Below are positions 12,736 to 26,029 of a stretch of DNA of 64,000 nucleotides, in pieces. The DNA comes from Camelus dromedarius (lineage: Eukaryota): assembly GCF_036321535.1 (NCBI RefSeq), contig NC_087436.1:11222001-11286000 (forward strand), written 5' to 3'. The notes beneath the pieces were generated by a model. That model did not search any database, was not told where the DNA came from, and worked only from the letters and a program-made list of their open reading frames with translations. Position 1 is the first letter of the stretch, and every line of letters begins with the position of its first letter. A program made the position numbers and the translations under genes.

Positions 12736-13678
12736 TGTTACGGAATTATCTGCTCAGCGGTGTTACCCACCATCCGTTATCATCCGAGAAATTAGCTGGA
12801 TGCATGCTATTAAATCTACCCACTTGTAGGAAGTGGATCAGAAATTTGGTCCTGGGGCGGTGGATATAGCTCAGTGGTAGAGCCTACGCTTAGCACGCAC
12901 AAAGTCCTGGGTTCAATCCCCGGTACTTCCATAATAAATAAATAAATAAACAAGCAAACAAATAAATTTTTTTTTTAATTTTAAACTTTCAGTATTTAAA
13001 AAGAAAAAAAACCAAAACTGTGTGGGGACCCTGAATGCAATAAAGTGGATAAATTTCCCAGCACAGTGAAAATTATTTAAAAAAAAAAATTTGATCCTAT
13101 GCTTTCTTTAAGCCAATCCGAAAGGGAAAACTGACAATGCAGAAGTTTGCCTGAGCTCTGTGCTTCCGGAAAACAGCTATAGTTAGGAAATTCCCCAAAC
13201 CTTTCGCTTTCCAAAACCTCCTCACTCTGGGAAATGGCTTACCTCTCCCCATTCGATGTGGGGAAACCTCCCTGTCCACACCTCATGACCCTCGGAGTCT
13301 TTTGAGGACTCATTTGTTTACCTCTGGCAGGAACAAACACAGACCTTTCTCCTTTCACCTGAACCTGCCAGCAAGGACAGACGATGCCTTGTTCTTTGTC
13401 TCACGGATGGCTTAGCTGAGATTAGAACTGTTTGTCCCCCTGAAATTAGCTAGGCACAGAGAGACACTTCTCCTGCACAGCTGACTGCCTGAGACTTCCC
13501 TTGATTACAGAGCAATTCAGACAGTACAGCACCCCACCGGGGCGGCTCCCCTCCTCCCCGGGGAGTCTAAGGTGAAACAGCTTCTGAGACACCTTGATCT
13601 CAGATCTGGGGCGTTTTCCCTACTGCAATAGCCTGAATAAAATCATGATCACTGCTCTTTTGGTTTCTGTCTTTGACA
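12736..13678 (+). mobile_element. ERV1-like solo LTR interrupted by a SINE
   Basis: TG...CA ends (tgttacggaa...gtctttgaca). LTR-type ttccctactgcaatagcctgAATAAAatc near the 3' end. No TSD identified. Confidence 0.5.
12854..13086 (+). mobile_element. Vic-1-type SINE with extended 3' segment
   Basis: gatatagctcagtggtagagcctacgcttagcacgcacaaagtcctgggttcaatcccc. TSD aaatttggtcct (12842-12853) / aaatttgatcct (13087-13098). Confidence 0.9.
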
Positions 13679-14574
13679 AAACAATCTGGTTCCTGTATAT
13701 GTATAGGATTCTAAAAAATACCGTTTCTGGTTGGAATACAGCTCTTTCTGCTATGGAGGAATGAAAGACATGTTCACTAGTAAAAAAAAAATACATATAT
13801 ATATATCTCATTAGCAACCCTAGCTCCATGGTTTTGAACTTTTTTGAAACTCACTGAAATCCACTTCCCAGTTCTACACACACACACTTAGCCACATGTG
13901 CGCTACTGAAAGTTTCATAAAACAATTCTTACCCTCACTACAGGCAATATGCTTTAATACAGTAATCTGTTCTAATTTTCTTTCTTTCTTTTTTTTTTTA
14001 ATGTTGATGACAATCCACCTCATAGACTTCATGACCCATTAAATTCCAATGAAGTTTTATTATGTTCCATAAAATTCTAATCATTTGTAAATTCTAAATT
14101 CAGGCAGCAGCACCAAGTATTTTGGGGAAGACCCTTTTCAAAAGCTACCTACATGTCAGTCTCCCCCACAGAAACATTCACTAAATACCACCGTCCAGAG
14201 AATAAAAGTTTCCAAGGCTCTTCCATGTGGGAAGTTTCCACTTACCTACCAGTAATGCCCTCTTTCTTCTCCTCTACTTGAATCTAATTCTTCATGGCTA
14301 AATCCAATTCCTCTCTTCCGTAATCACTCTAACCAAAATGAGCTCTCCCTCTGGAGCTTTTGTATATTATTAATGTTACTTATCTTTATCACCTTGCGTC
14401 ACCCTAGCCTGGCCCAGAGAACTGTTCCTCAATCTTTGAGTCACTTGGTCAAGCAAGATGAATACTTCCTCTTTCTCATGTATGTGAGGCAGGCATCGCC
14501 CTGGGTAATTTCATGTGTCCATTCTTTCCCCTTCCTTGGCATCCAGCATAACTAGACTAAGAGGTAGTTTTTTT

Positions 14575-15190
14575 GTTTGGTTGTTTTTTTTATTTAATTG
14601 AACTATAGTCAGTTTACACTGTGTCAATTTCTGGTGTACAGCACAATGTCTCAGTCATACATATACATACATATATTCCTTTTCATGTTCTTTTTCATGA
14701 TAGGTTACTACAAGATATTGAATATAGTTCCCTGTGCTCTACAGAAGAAACTTGTTATCTATTTTATATATAGTAGTTAGTATCTGCAAATCTCCAACTC
14801 CCAATTTATCCTTTCCCGCCCGCTTCCCCCCTTCCCCCCAACTTCATAACCATAAGATTGTTTACTATGTCTGTGAGTCTTTTTCTGTTTTGTAGATGAG
14901 TTCATTAATGTCTTCTTTTTTCTCTTTTTAGATTCCCCATATGAGTGATATCGTATGGTATTTTTCTTTCTCTTTCTGGCTTACTTCACTTAATATGATG
15001 ATCTCCAGGTTCATCCATGTTGCTGCAAATGGCATTATTTTATTCTTTTCTATGGCAGAGTAGTATTCCATTGTATAAATATACCACATCTTCTTTATGT
15101 TGTCATGTGTTGATAGACAGTTAGGTTGCTTCCATGTCTTGGCTATTGTAAATAGTGCTGCTATGAACATTGAGGTATATGTGTCTTTTC
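14575..15190 (-). mobile_element. Young L1, 5'-truncated (ORF2 C-terminus plus 3' UTR)
   Basis: ORF 14928-15170 [16 protein letters not shown]...WYIYTMEYYSA is the L1 ORF2 C-terminus. T-rich tail on the left; gtagtttt on both flanks. Confidence 0.95.
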
Positions 15191-17884
15191 TGTAGTTTTG
15201 ATTCTCTGTGGAGAGATTCCAGTGTGTAAAAGGTGAGACCCATAAACCAAGCCTGTGATGCCTAGGAAAAGAATATTAATTATCTTTGTGTGTATAGGAA
15301 ATGCAACTGCAAAATAATGAGACAGACTTCTATCATTTGTTACTGAAATGGGATGGCCATTCAGAAAATATATTTTTATTGCATGCTATTTACAAGAAGA
15401 CACTTTTAGGCATGGAGTGAGAATGAAAAATTAACAAATCTCCAGCCTTGTCCTTAAACTTTAGAGAATTAGAGGAGAAATGAAGTAGGTACTTAAAAGT
15501 ACAAAATAAGAATTCTTGCTCAAATCAAAATAAAATTCTTCACCCCCATATGAATTTTTCCTAGGGGAAAAAAAAAAAGTTAGTGAGCCACCAAAAGCAT
15601 TGTTTTAAAGAGAATAAGAAAAGCCACTTTGCATGTCCCCTGGAAGATCAGCTCCATCAGGCTGAGGTTGGGTCCGTCTTCATCACTGCTTCATTCCAGC
15701 AATTATAACACTGCCTGGGACATAGGTGGTTCTCAATACTTCATTGCTGAGTGAATTAATAAATACCTACAACCTAAGTCCCAAGTATTATCAGCATAGT
15801 ACATTGTCTTTCTCACTCATTCTCTGCTCCTCCTACCACTACTGCTAGTAGCTCATATTGTTTTATGTCTGTTTCATTCATGTGTACGTTTATGTATGTT
15901 TCATTTAATCCTCATCTTAAATGTATGAGGTAGCTATTTCTACTATACTGTATCTAAAATCCCAAAAGAATACCATTTAGAATCTTGTTTGTAAACAGGA
16001 TCCTGCCCCACGCACTTGTGAATGAACAGACCTGCTGTGATGAAGATGGCTTGTGCACAGAGACAGCATCTGGGCTACTTATAAACCTCCTTCTGGAAAA
16101 CTCAGTAATGCACAGTGCAAACAGCCTCAGAATAACACAACTCAACTGAGCGAGGCTCTTTGTGCTCTCAGTTGGCTCAGCCATCTATAACGCTCAGGTG
16201 TGATATATCCGTGAACGGAAAATATATTTTAATTTCGGTCAAATAAAACCTGATTAGGGTGGGCCTGCCTGCTGCACAGAAGAAACTACTACTGCATGCC
16301 AAAGTCAGATACAACTGGGTTTTGTGCTGTTCCATATTTTGTATCATCCAGACCACCGCTTCCTCCTTTTTCCTTGAATTACAAAGAACCATTTTCCATC
16401 CATTTTATCATTCTTTAGTTTTCTAACTGAATGCTGTGAAGCTGCAGCAGGAGCTTAGAAGAGCTTAGAGTGATGCCTCCTTACGCTTTTAGAGATGAGC
16501 ACATTGTGATGTAGCTATTTCCTGCCCAGATTATATTGTCCACCTGCACACCAAACCCGTCTTTGAAAGCTGTCTGCTCTAATGGCCAATAGGAAGTGAT
16601 AAAATGTAAGTGACCCATCAGGGAATTTTACGAATGTCCTAGGCAGGTAATGATCCTTCATCAAAGGTGTGTCCAGCCTCCTGACAAACAGTGGCTTCCT
16701 GCCCTCCACCCCTCCTCTCCGTGCCAGACCCTGTGGGAGCTGCCAGGTGAGAAGCTAGGTGACTCCATCCATGATACATGGAGCTTTAGAGAGAACAACG
16801 AAGCCCAAGGCTGGAGACCCCCTTCCTCATTAAGATAAACTTTAAACTATCTTGAAATCCTTTAGTAAGATTCCAAAACTTTGTTGAGAATTTCTTTAGA
16901 TGTTTCGGTTGCTGTTATCCAGCTGTGTCAACGTGAGCAAAAAGCCGTACGATCTTTGATCTTCGCACCCTTCCTACCTGCAGAGACTGATACAGCGTCA
17001 GTAGAACACAATGTTTCCAACGTGCATCACAGTCAGATAGGAATGAACTGACTCCCGCCCCACCACCTACTACTTACTCTAAGGTGACTTGCGCAAACCA
17101 CGTAAATGCTCCAAGGCTCACTTCATCTATATGATAATAACTACCTGCACAAGGCTGTTGTAAAAATTAACGTATGACAAAATATTTAAAACAAACACCA
17201 CCTAGCTATTTTAAGCATTAAATCATAGCTGCTGCTTTCCTTATTTTATTGTTTGTTATCTTTGTTGTTGTTCAGACAGTTCTTCTTTGTGTGTCTATAA
17301 TCTACTACTGTCTGTAGGGTGGGGTTGCTCATGGCTCTGTAAGTAGCACCCACTGCAGTTAGAGACCCCTGTCTCCTAGCCTGATCATTCGCGGGTGTCA
17401 GTAGAATACTCTAGTGACATTTTTCTCCTATATATATATCTTCTGTTTATTTGCTCCATAGAAACAGAATTATGCTGAAGTCAGTCTCACTTCTATAGTG
17501 GCTTATAAGCGAGTTCTAATTTTGTTTTTCTTGTGGTTTTTTGTTTTCATTGTGATTTTTGGTTTCGGTTGGTTTTCTGGGGGACACCAGGTGCCAGTGG
17601 ATATTAAGAAGTCTTTGCTGAGTACCTACTTCTCAACTCTGTAGCCGACATTACAGTTCTCCCAAAGAAGAAAAGATGCCTCCTTTGATCTGGAAAGACT
17701 GGCTGACTGGCCAAAAACAAAATTTGTTCCAGGCACATTTTTGAATTTGAATTTAGGTGGCTGTGTCCTTAGAGGAACAAATACAGAACAGCATCAACAA
17801 ATAGCAATCGTTACAGCCCAGTCACCTCTGACAAGGCCTATAAAGGCCTCCACAGTCGTTTCACCGAACAGCTGGTCCCCGGGC

Positions 17885-17970
17885 ACTGGTCAATGACTGG
17901 TCAATGACCAGACAGCTCATGCCCTGACCACACTCTTTCAAATGTTTATAAGGCAAAGTTTTTGCACAAT
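17885..17970. promoter_or_regulatory. Candidate intronic enhancer: doubled IR1 plus FOX/CDX, HNF4-like and C/EBP motifs
   Basis: ACTGGTCAATG x2 then ACCAG gives the palindrome CTGGTCA-A-TGACCAG (17897-17911). Nearby TGTTTATAAGGCAAAGTTTTTGCACAAT (~17943-17970). Confidence 0.35.
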
Positions 17971-18302
17971 CCAGTGAACACCTAATCTTTCAGGGCTGGT
18001 TGGTGCTGAGGAACAACTCTTTTCCCACTTGAGCCGCATCCTGCCAGGTGACAGACAGCACCAGCTGCACCCAGCGGTAGCAAAGGCCGATTCTTACGTG
18101 CTGATCGGGAGGAATTTGACAGGTCGGCTGAAGGGTAGGTGGTGGCATGTTTGTTATCCATCGTCAACTTAGCTGTGGCAGTTTACAGACGAGGAATAGC
18201 TAAAGAGATCTTACCGGGCACTTATATCCACATACATCTCTGGGTTAGTGAGATGGACACCAATAACAACTCAATAAATGCTTGGACATCAAAAACTGTA
18301 AT

Positions 18303-18480
18303 GGGGGGTGGGTACAGCTCAGTGGTAGAGTGCGTGCTTAGCATGCAGGAGGTCCTGGGTTCAATACCCAGTACCTCCACTGATAAATAAATAATCTAAT
18401 TTCTTATCCCCCCAAAAACTTAATTAATTAAATTTCCTATCCTCCAAAAAAAAACTTAATTAATTAAAAATTTTAAAAAA
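18303..18480 (+). mobile_element. Vic-1-type SINE with duplicated tail unit
   Basis: Consensus body. Tail repeats aatttc(t/c)tatcc...aaaacttaattaattaaa twice. TSD aaaaactgtaat / aaaaattgtaat. Confidence 0.93.
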
Positions 18481-19729
18481 TTGTAATAGAGTTAGCCTAT
18501 ACAGACCTTGAGGAAGGGGTGGATTTGGGGTCGTGTCTTGAGAACAGAAAAAATATGGAAAATTATAAAGAGGGAGCTAACATGTTTAAGCATGGAATTT
18601 AAGTGGTAAAGCCAAAAAGATAGAATTAGAAAGTCACAAGCAGGGTTGGGGGCAAAAACAGAAAAAAAGAAAGTCACAAGCAGTAAACAGACTGACTTTG
18701 GCAGAGCAGGTGGGTCGCACTAGAGACAATTCTGGAACTGCACCAAAGCCAGAGGTAATATTAGGAAGACGACTTCGGTTCTACAGCTATACCACTGGCA
18801 CCAGGCTTCTGCCACATGGCCTGAGAAGTCAGTGCCGAGTGTACAAAGAGGAAACTACTGAACGATTTTAGGCAGAGAAGACAAGAAGTCAAGCTGGACG
18901 AGGATGTTCCCTGAAGCCCTGTTTACAGTGGTGAAGAATGGAAAGAAGCCAGCTGGGCATCGCTGTGGAAGGGACAGGCGGTGGCAGAGGCACTCGGTGG
19001 GACGCCACGCAGTGGCTGGGAGAACTCCACACGTACTGTCGCCGAGATGCCCGCGGCACAGTCAGGGCAGCAGGACACTGCTGAGCAGGATGAGGTCTGC
19101 TCTGTGTCTTTGGGTTTACACAGGTATTTGTGTGTGTGCTCATAAACATGTGTACACATATATGGATGTGTTTATATGTAGGCATACATAGATACATCAG
19201 CCTACTGATCATACAAGGACAGAAACACACAGAAACTGGCAAGAGTGAGTATCTCTGGTGAGGGGAATTGGCCGAAGGTGCTCTACACCCTTCTGAACTG
19301 ATTGACTGCTCATTTTCCTCCTAACACGATATAACTGCTCTCACAGCTCAATCATCTGTAGCTGTTGAGAGTTCATGATGTATTTTCATGTTTCACCCGA
19401 CTCGTGTAAGCCTGTGACACTGGTTGGGGAGGCAGGAAGGTCCCTGTGTCCTTCCTTATCAAGGAGATGGAGAGACATGTGACTTTCAGAAGTAACACAG
19501 CCAGCAAGTGACAGACCATATACCCTGACACAAGTGCGCTGACCTCTACACTCTCAAATAAGCAAAACTCCAGGAAGTCTCCACCCAGAAACTCTGAGAA
19601 CGGATGGTCAGGCAGGTAGAACCTCTGATTCTCAGCGCAGAGGCTCCCCTGGCCGAAATCCCCTGCAGCTCGCTCCACACTGCTGTACCGCCCCTGTTCT
19701 TTCTGGACGGGCAAAATTTTCCTTTAGTC

Positions 19730-20360
19730 ATTGCACAAATATTTATTGAGCATCTGCCCTATGTCAGACATTGACAACATGGACATGACTATGCCATTCA
19801 AGTATGCATCTGACAAATACAGATTGAAAGTTTCACGTGCATTCACTAAACTAATACTTAACTTGGGCGGATGTTGACTGTTTCAATCAATAAAATTGCT
19901 CCATAAAACTTAAATACCTAATGTTGGGGATATTGAATGTCTAACCACATGACTGTGTTATTACTGTTATGATAAATGCTAGGAAGAATTACAAAGTGGC
20001 AAAGTATGTATAATATGGGAATTTGACCACATGGAAGAGACTAAGAAAAACATCTCTGAGCAAATGACATTTAAGCTGAAGATTGGTGGAAATGAGTGTA
20101 AGGCAACGGGGGGAGGAAGAGGAAAGAGAATCACATTCCATCTCTTGGAGGGGAAAGGGGCACAAAGAACTAACAGGATGTCTAGTGTGCTTTGATGGCA
20201 GAGGGTCAGGCAGAGCGGCTGGGACAGGGGAGGTAAGGGAGCTGGAGGTCAAGTTCAGGATCTCTGCTTTTATCCCATGAGCAAAGGGACAACAATTAAT
20301 GATTTTAAGCAAAGGGAGTGGGGGAGAAATGATCAGATGTGTATTTTTAAAAGATCATAA
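19730..20360 (-). mobile_element. L2 LINE fragments, ancient
   Basis: caaatatttattgagcatctgccctatgtcagaca and gacatttaagctgaagattgg...tgattttaagcaaagggagtg...atgatcagatgtgtattttt. Confidence 0.55.
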
Positions 20361-20964
20361 ATGAATGAAAGATCATGAAACATAATACAAACACACACTG
20401 AAAAGTAAGGCAACACATACTTGAGTTCCCTCCCCCTGCCCAGTGCAAATCTGGCCAAAAGTGTAAACACGTTTGTAGATAAAATTGTCGATAGCATACC
20501 AAGCACGCCCAACGAAAAGTGGAATCCCAGTATCTGAGGTTCTAATCTATCCTATCATTTTGGAAAGAAGAAAACAAACATTTTCGGCTTAATGTTGACG
20601 TTTTGCTCCATTTCTTCCCTAAAGCAGAGCACTCGACACTACTCACTTATAAGGATAATCTCATATAAGGACACGTACCATCCCATGCAGCTGCCTTGCT
20701 TTCCCTTTAAGAGAGCTGCAAGGCTTTGTAGATTATCAATGATCTTTTAAAAATATATAGTAGGAAGACAGTGTAGGAAGACAGTGTAGCCTTGGCAAGG
20801 GAGGGACAGTGGATATGTTTCCACTTAGCACTACTGGAATTTTGAGGAAAAAAAAAATTCATTGAAAAATAGAAATAAAAAAGAATAATTTCAAAAACCA
20901 TGAAATCAGATGAGCATAAAGTGAACAAATTTCTGATCTTAGAACAAATTTCTCTGCTTTGCAA

Positions 20965-21093
20965 TTTTTTTAAATTAATTTATTTACTTCTTTCTTTTTT
21001 TTTTTTTTTTTTTTTAATGGGAGATATGGGGGATTAAACCCGGGACCTCATGCATGCTATGCATGTGTTACACCACTGAGCTAAACCCTCCTC
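20965..21093 (-). mobile_element. Vic-1-type SINE
   Basis: gggattaaacccgggacctcatgcatgctatgcatgtg...accactgagctaaaccctcc preceded by poly-T. Confidence 0.9.
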
Positions 21094-23245
21094 TGCTGCC
21101 TTACAAGTTTTATGGACCTGCCAATCAAGGCAGTTTGATTTAAAGACAACTGTTCGTAAAGGAAAATCACCCCACAATTATTTCACGCTAATCAAACAGC
21201 CCCAAGCACACTGATCATTTAAGAAAATGCATACATGTTTTTTCTAGACCTGGCTTACAAATTGGAATCAACAAGTAGCCAGAAGACGTGAACTTTACAG
21301 GAGTCAGGAGCAGAGAGGCAAAACCAGAGTATGGAGGATGCAGATTTTACCCACATAAATGGGGGGGGGAATTTTTTTTTGCAACACAGCTACATTCTTT
21401 CCCCAAAACAACAAAGAAACCCAAAGCAATAACAAATAATGTCAAATTTATTTGAACGTACCAACATGCTCAGGGAATTATACTTGATGATTGATACAAG
21501 ATTATTCCCTTTTGTAGACAACTTGAGTTGTCTGTTAAATAATGCATTTGCAAGAATTGATGGTATCTATAGAATAAATAACCACACTATTTTGGGTGCT
21601 TACTACATGCCAAACACTTAACACGTTTCATCTTCGTTCGATCCTCATGACCACATTGTAAAGTAGAGATGGGTTATTATCTCCTCTTGAGAGATGAGGA
21701 AATGAAGCTCCCAGGAAAAATGTGCCCAAAGTTCCAGAGGGGGAGAGGCTGGGTCTTGGTCTGGGTGCGTGATTGTGGGTTCATGTCCTCAGTCAGCTCA
21801 GGGGAGTCAGATGTGAGTATTGAAAATGGGATTGATTCAGAACTGGCTGTGTGACTGAGGGTGAGTTGCCAAATTAACTCTCACACCTAAATTCAGGTGC
21901 AAAAACCACGCACCATTGTCTACTGTAGCAGTGAACTTTTCATGAATAAAAAGTAATGTCCCACCCTGAGAAAGTGTAAAATAATATTGACAGTGGAGGT
22001 ACAAATGGAAATTCAGAGTATTGACCACATGGTTTTCAGCCAAGGGCTTCCTTAACTCCCTTAAAGTCTTACTGGCAATTACCTAAGCTTGAAAATAAAT
22101 CACCTAAATTGGAATGCAAACTAAATGTCTTTGGGTCCCAGAGAAGCTCAGCACTGGGGTAACAGTGTGGTCTTAAAGACCGTGCGAGGACTGCGTGTGT
22201 TCATTTCTGATTCTGTAGGAATTAGAGTTGGGTTTGCGTTTGGGTCGCCCCAGGCTGTTTCCGTGCTGTGTGGGTGAATTACTGGACACGCTGAACTAAT
22301 ATTGACCACGTGGTGCTGCGGGTCCCCGAAGGCCACAGGCACCGAGGTTTGTAGTTAAATTGGTGGGAGTGAAGTGCCAAAGTGTCCACACCCCAAATTG
22401 GACCCCTCTGCCTTCGCTTCATAAAAGTGGGGGAAACCCCTATTGGCAGACAACCAACTGAGATTGGTGGCCAGTCTGAGATTCACTGTCGTCACACTTG
22501 GTTTCAAGACTCATTTTCTGCAATTTTCCTGTTCCCATTGGACACCATGAGCCTTGTGCTCTTATGAATCAAGTTTGACTCCCCCGTGCGTGGCCACCGC
22601 AGGGACTGGGGTCACCCTCTCTGTTCCTCTCACCCGGGAGCCAGGAGCCTGGCTGGGAAGATACAGGGCTAACATCTGGTTACTGCTGATGGCAAATTTC
22701 AAGTTCACTGTCAATGAAATCATAGCATCCTCTCTGCATCAATATTCCTGACACATCTAACTTAGGGAAATGGGGGATCAATAAAGTAATATTTAAAAAG
22801 AAGGAAAAGATGCAAGGAAGTATTTAAGGATGGGTTGCAAGAGGTGAGAATAGCAGCGAATTTTGAGAGCAGGTACCAAATGGGTTCCTCTAGATGATTT
22901 CTTAGACGTACTTTCAGCAGCCAGCCAGCAGAGGGAAATGTTTTACAAACACTTGCATCCAATAAAAACAGTTTTGTTGTGTTGCGCTTAGGTACAGCTT
23001 CCGTGGAATTCACTGCCTCCCAGACTCTGTATGAGACAGTTAGGGAACATCAGGGCTTTGTCCTTTTTCCCAGTGAACTCTGAGGAAGGTGTCCACTCAT
23101 CCATGGACAAATCTGTCCAGATAATCCTTTAGTCACGTGTAAAAAGGGGATAGTTCTTTCAAAGGAGAACCTTTGCACAAGTCCTGGGCCAAGCATGTCC
23201 TGAAGGCCTGTAGATCAGTGCATCCTCACACTGTTAAACTGGTTC

Positions 23246-23768
23246 TGTTACTGAGTCCAAACTTGTTCTGCTCACCACACAACAGGCCAATAAATTGAGA
23301 GACAAAGTGGTGTGGCAAGGAATAGTGACTTTATTAGGAAAGCTGGCAGACTGAGAAGATGGCAGACTAATGTCTTGGAGAACCATCTTCCCTAAGACAG
23401 AATTCAGGCTCCTTTTATACTAAAAGGGGAGGAGCGTGTAGTTGCTTGTTGCAAACTTCTTGGTGTCGGAATGCTTTGTTCTTGCAGCTGTCCAGGTAGG
23501 TCAGGTCATGATGTTCCTGTAAACCTCCAACAAGACAAATGTTATTCTCTGTTCTGTAACTTTTTATCTCTCTATGAATGGAAAAGTGTTAGACCTTCAA
23601 AGGTCAAATCCTTGAGAATGGGCTCTCCTGTCTATTTCAGGCTGTAGGCAACATTCTTTTACAAAAGGTGCAGAACCAGCATGACTGAGCCCAGGAAACA
23701 GAGCACAGGGTAAGAGCTAAAGGACAGATCTAATATGGAGTCAAATTTGTTCTTCCATGCATACTACA
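23246..23768 (-). mobile_element. ERV1-class solo LTR, antisense in the SMIM31 intron
   Basis: TG...CA termini. Exact 4-bp TSD GTTC (23242-23245 / 23769-23772). AATAAA on the minus strand (tttatt ~23330). R/U5 similar to the LTR at 54436. Confidence 0.88.
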
Positions 23769-23939
23769 GTTCCTCTTAAAATAAAAGTTGTAAAAGGTTC
23801 AGTAGTTCTACAGTGAGGAAGAGCAGAGTGATGGTCCACAGGCATTAATAACTTTGTGCTAGTTATTCAATACTTCATGCATATAATACTGTTTTTGAAA
23901 TCTCAAAAAAAAGTGCATTAAATAAGAAAATTCTAAAAA

Positions 23940-24870
23940 TTAACCAAAACAGACAAACCTAAAACCTCAATGAAATTCCACTAAACATCTATTAAAATGA
24001 CTAAATGAAAGCAGACAAACAAAAATGCCAAGGGCTGCCAAAGATGCAGAACAACTGGCAGTCTCACACGTTGCTGGTGGGGATGAGAAATGAACTGGTA
24101 CAGCCACTCTGGAGAACAATTTGGAATTTCTTATAAAGTTAAACATCCACTTACTATATGACCAAGCAATCTTTCTTCTAGTACTTATGCTGAATTGCCA
24201 AAAGCTGGGAACAACCAAAGTGTCCATTAGCAGGTAGATGGATAAAGACTCTAACACATTCATACAATGGAATACTACTCAGCAATGAAAAAGAATAAAC
24301 TATTGATATATGCAACCATATGAGTGAATCTCAAACGCATTAAGCTAAGTTACTGTTTCTCAGCCTTAGCACCACTGACATTTTAGACCAGAGCATTCCT
24401 TGTAGTGGGTGCTGTCCCATATGTTGTAGGATGTTTCACAGCATCCCTGGCTTCGTCCCACTACATCCATGTAGCAGTCCCTCACTTTTCCCAGTTTTTG
24501 CAACCAAATATGTCTTCAGATATGCCAAATATCCTCTGGCAGGGGATAAGATTGCTCTCAGTTGAGAACAACTATGCTAAGTGAAAGAAGTTAAATTCAA
24601 AGAAGCTAAAATGTTGCATGATGTAAGATTCCATTTACATGACATTCTGGAAAGCAAAACCATAGGGGCAGAAAACTATAGGACAGTGGTCGCCAACCAT
24701 TAAGGGTGGGAGGAAGGTTTGTCTACAAGGAACAGCACAGGGAGATTTTGGAGTGAAGGTCTTGTTCGGTATCCTAGAGATGCTTTTATTTTTTCATTTG
24801 TCAAAACTCATGGAACAATCCACTAAAGAAAGTGAATTTTACTCTATGTAAATTAGAAAATAAAATTTAA
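23940..24870 (+). mobile_element. Old L1 (L1MC/ME-like) 3' region
   Basis: ggtacagccactctggagaacaatttgg...catacaatggaatactactcagcaatgaaaaagaa...tccatttacatgacattctgg. Confidence 0.85.
24351..24574. mobile_element. MER20 (hAT-Charlie) nested in L1
   Basis: actgacattttagacc...gtaggatgtttcacagcatccctggc...ttgctctcagttgagaacaact matches the recalled MER20 consensus; gctaagt on both flanks. Confidence 0.85.
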
Positions 24871-25375
24871 AAAGCATACCAAACACTACTTTATCTCTAA
24901 AGCATACGAAATAAATACCCTAGTTGAAATATGTAAACTTTAAAAGAATGCTATTTAACTTAGCTTTGAATGGCAAAGTTCTGAATTTTCATGTCAAATA
25001 TCAAAGAACTGTATGTGAAAATGCCAATATAGCATATAAACAGTCCTGCAAAGTTTAACTAAAGTTCTTTGTCTATGAATAAATGTGCCTATAGGATAAC
25101 TTTAAAAGACATTATAATATTTTCCATAAAGTAATAATATTGATAAAATGAATTTATTGGCTATTCTGAATTAATTTCTGAATGGAAACTGTCTACCAAT
25201 ATAGAAAAGTGTATTCTTCACATTTTTATAGAAAAAGGTGTACTATATCTTACTGAAAGTAATTAATTTTTCACCTCTACAGTCATTTTCACTTCACTTA
25301 AATGCACTTCTCTATAGCTACTTATACAGAAAAAATCTTAGAAAATGTAAAATAGAGAAGCAGTTTTAAGATGTA

Positions 25376-25590
25376 CATTTTTATTAAGGTATAATTGACA
25401 TACAACATTATATTCATTTCAGGTGTACAACACAATGACTCACTATTTGTACACAATGACTCACTATTTGTACACATTGTGAGATGATCCCCATAAAAAA
25501 AAATCTAGCAACATCTGTCACCCTGCATAGTTAGAAAAAAAATTTTTTTCTTGTGATGAGAACTTTTAAGATCTACCCTCTTTGCAACAA
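25376..25590 (-). mobile_element. L1 3' tail fragment with 21-bp tandem duplication
   Basis: ttttattaaggtataattgacatacaacatt...; (acacaatgactcactatttgt)x2. Confidence 0.75.
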
Positions 25591-26029
25591 GAAAGTTTTA
25601 AAATTAACTATCAAAATATTGCTTTAGGAAATTGGAAATTGCAAGGATTCCAGGCATGAGTTCCCCTGACATGGGCAAAATACATTCTCCCGCTCACACA
25701 TCATTTGCTGAAAAGCAAAGTAAGAATGGTGGCCCTAAAAATAAAAATTAGAAGTGGAGCAAACTATGAAGAAAGTTGGGGAAAGCGGCCCAGCCAGGAG
25801 ATGAGACAAATAGTGTGGGAGCTGGAAGGAAACATCAGGACTTTCTCACCACTCCCCAGGGAGATGTAAAATATATGAGTAGAGGACAAAGACATTCCAG
25901 GCCGGACTCCCAAGACTGCCTTTGAGTTACAGACTGATGACTGCAGCTTGGTTACCTCTCTGCTTGAACCCTGAGACAAACAACAGCTTAATTTGCAGTT
26001 GGTAAATCTAACTGCTAGATGCCATTGAT

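Noticed and set aside
17587..17608. Similarity caggtg..gtggatattaag to ~45466-45486
   Set aside because: Only ~12 bp exact with no extension; compatible with chance.
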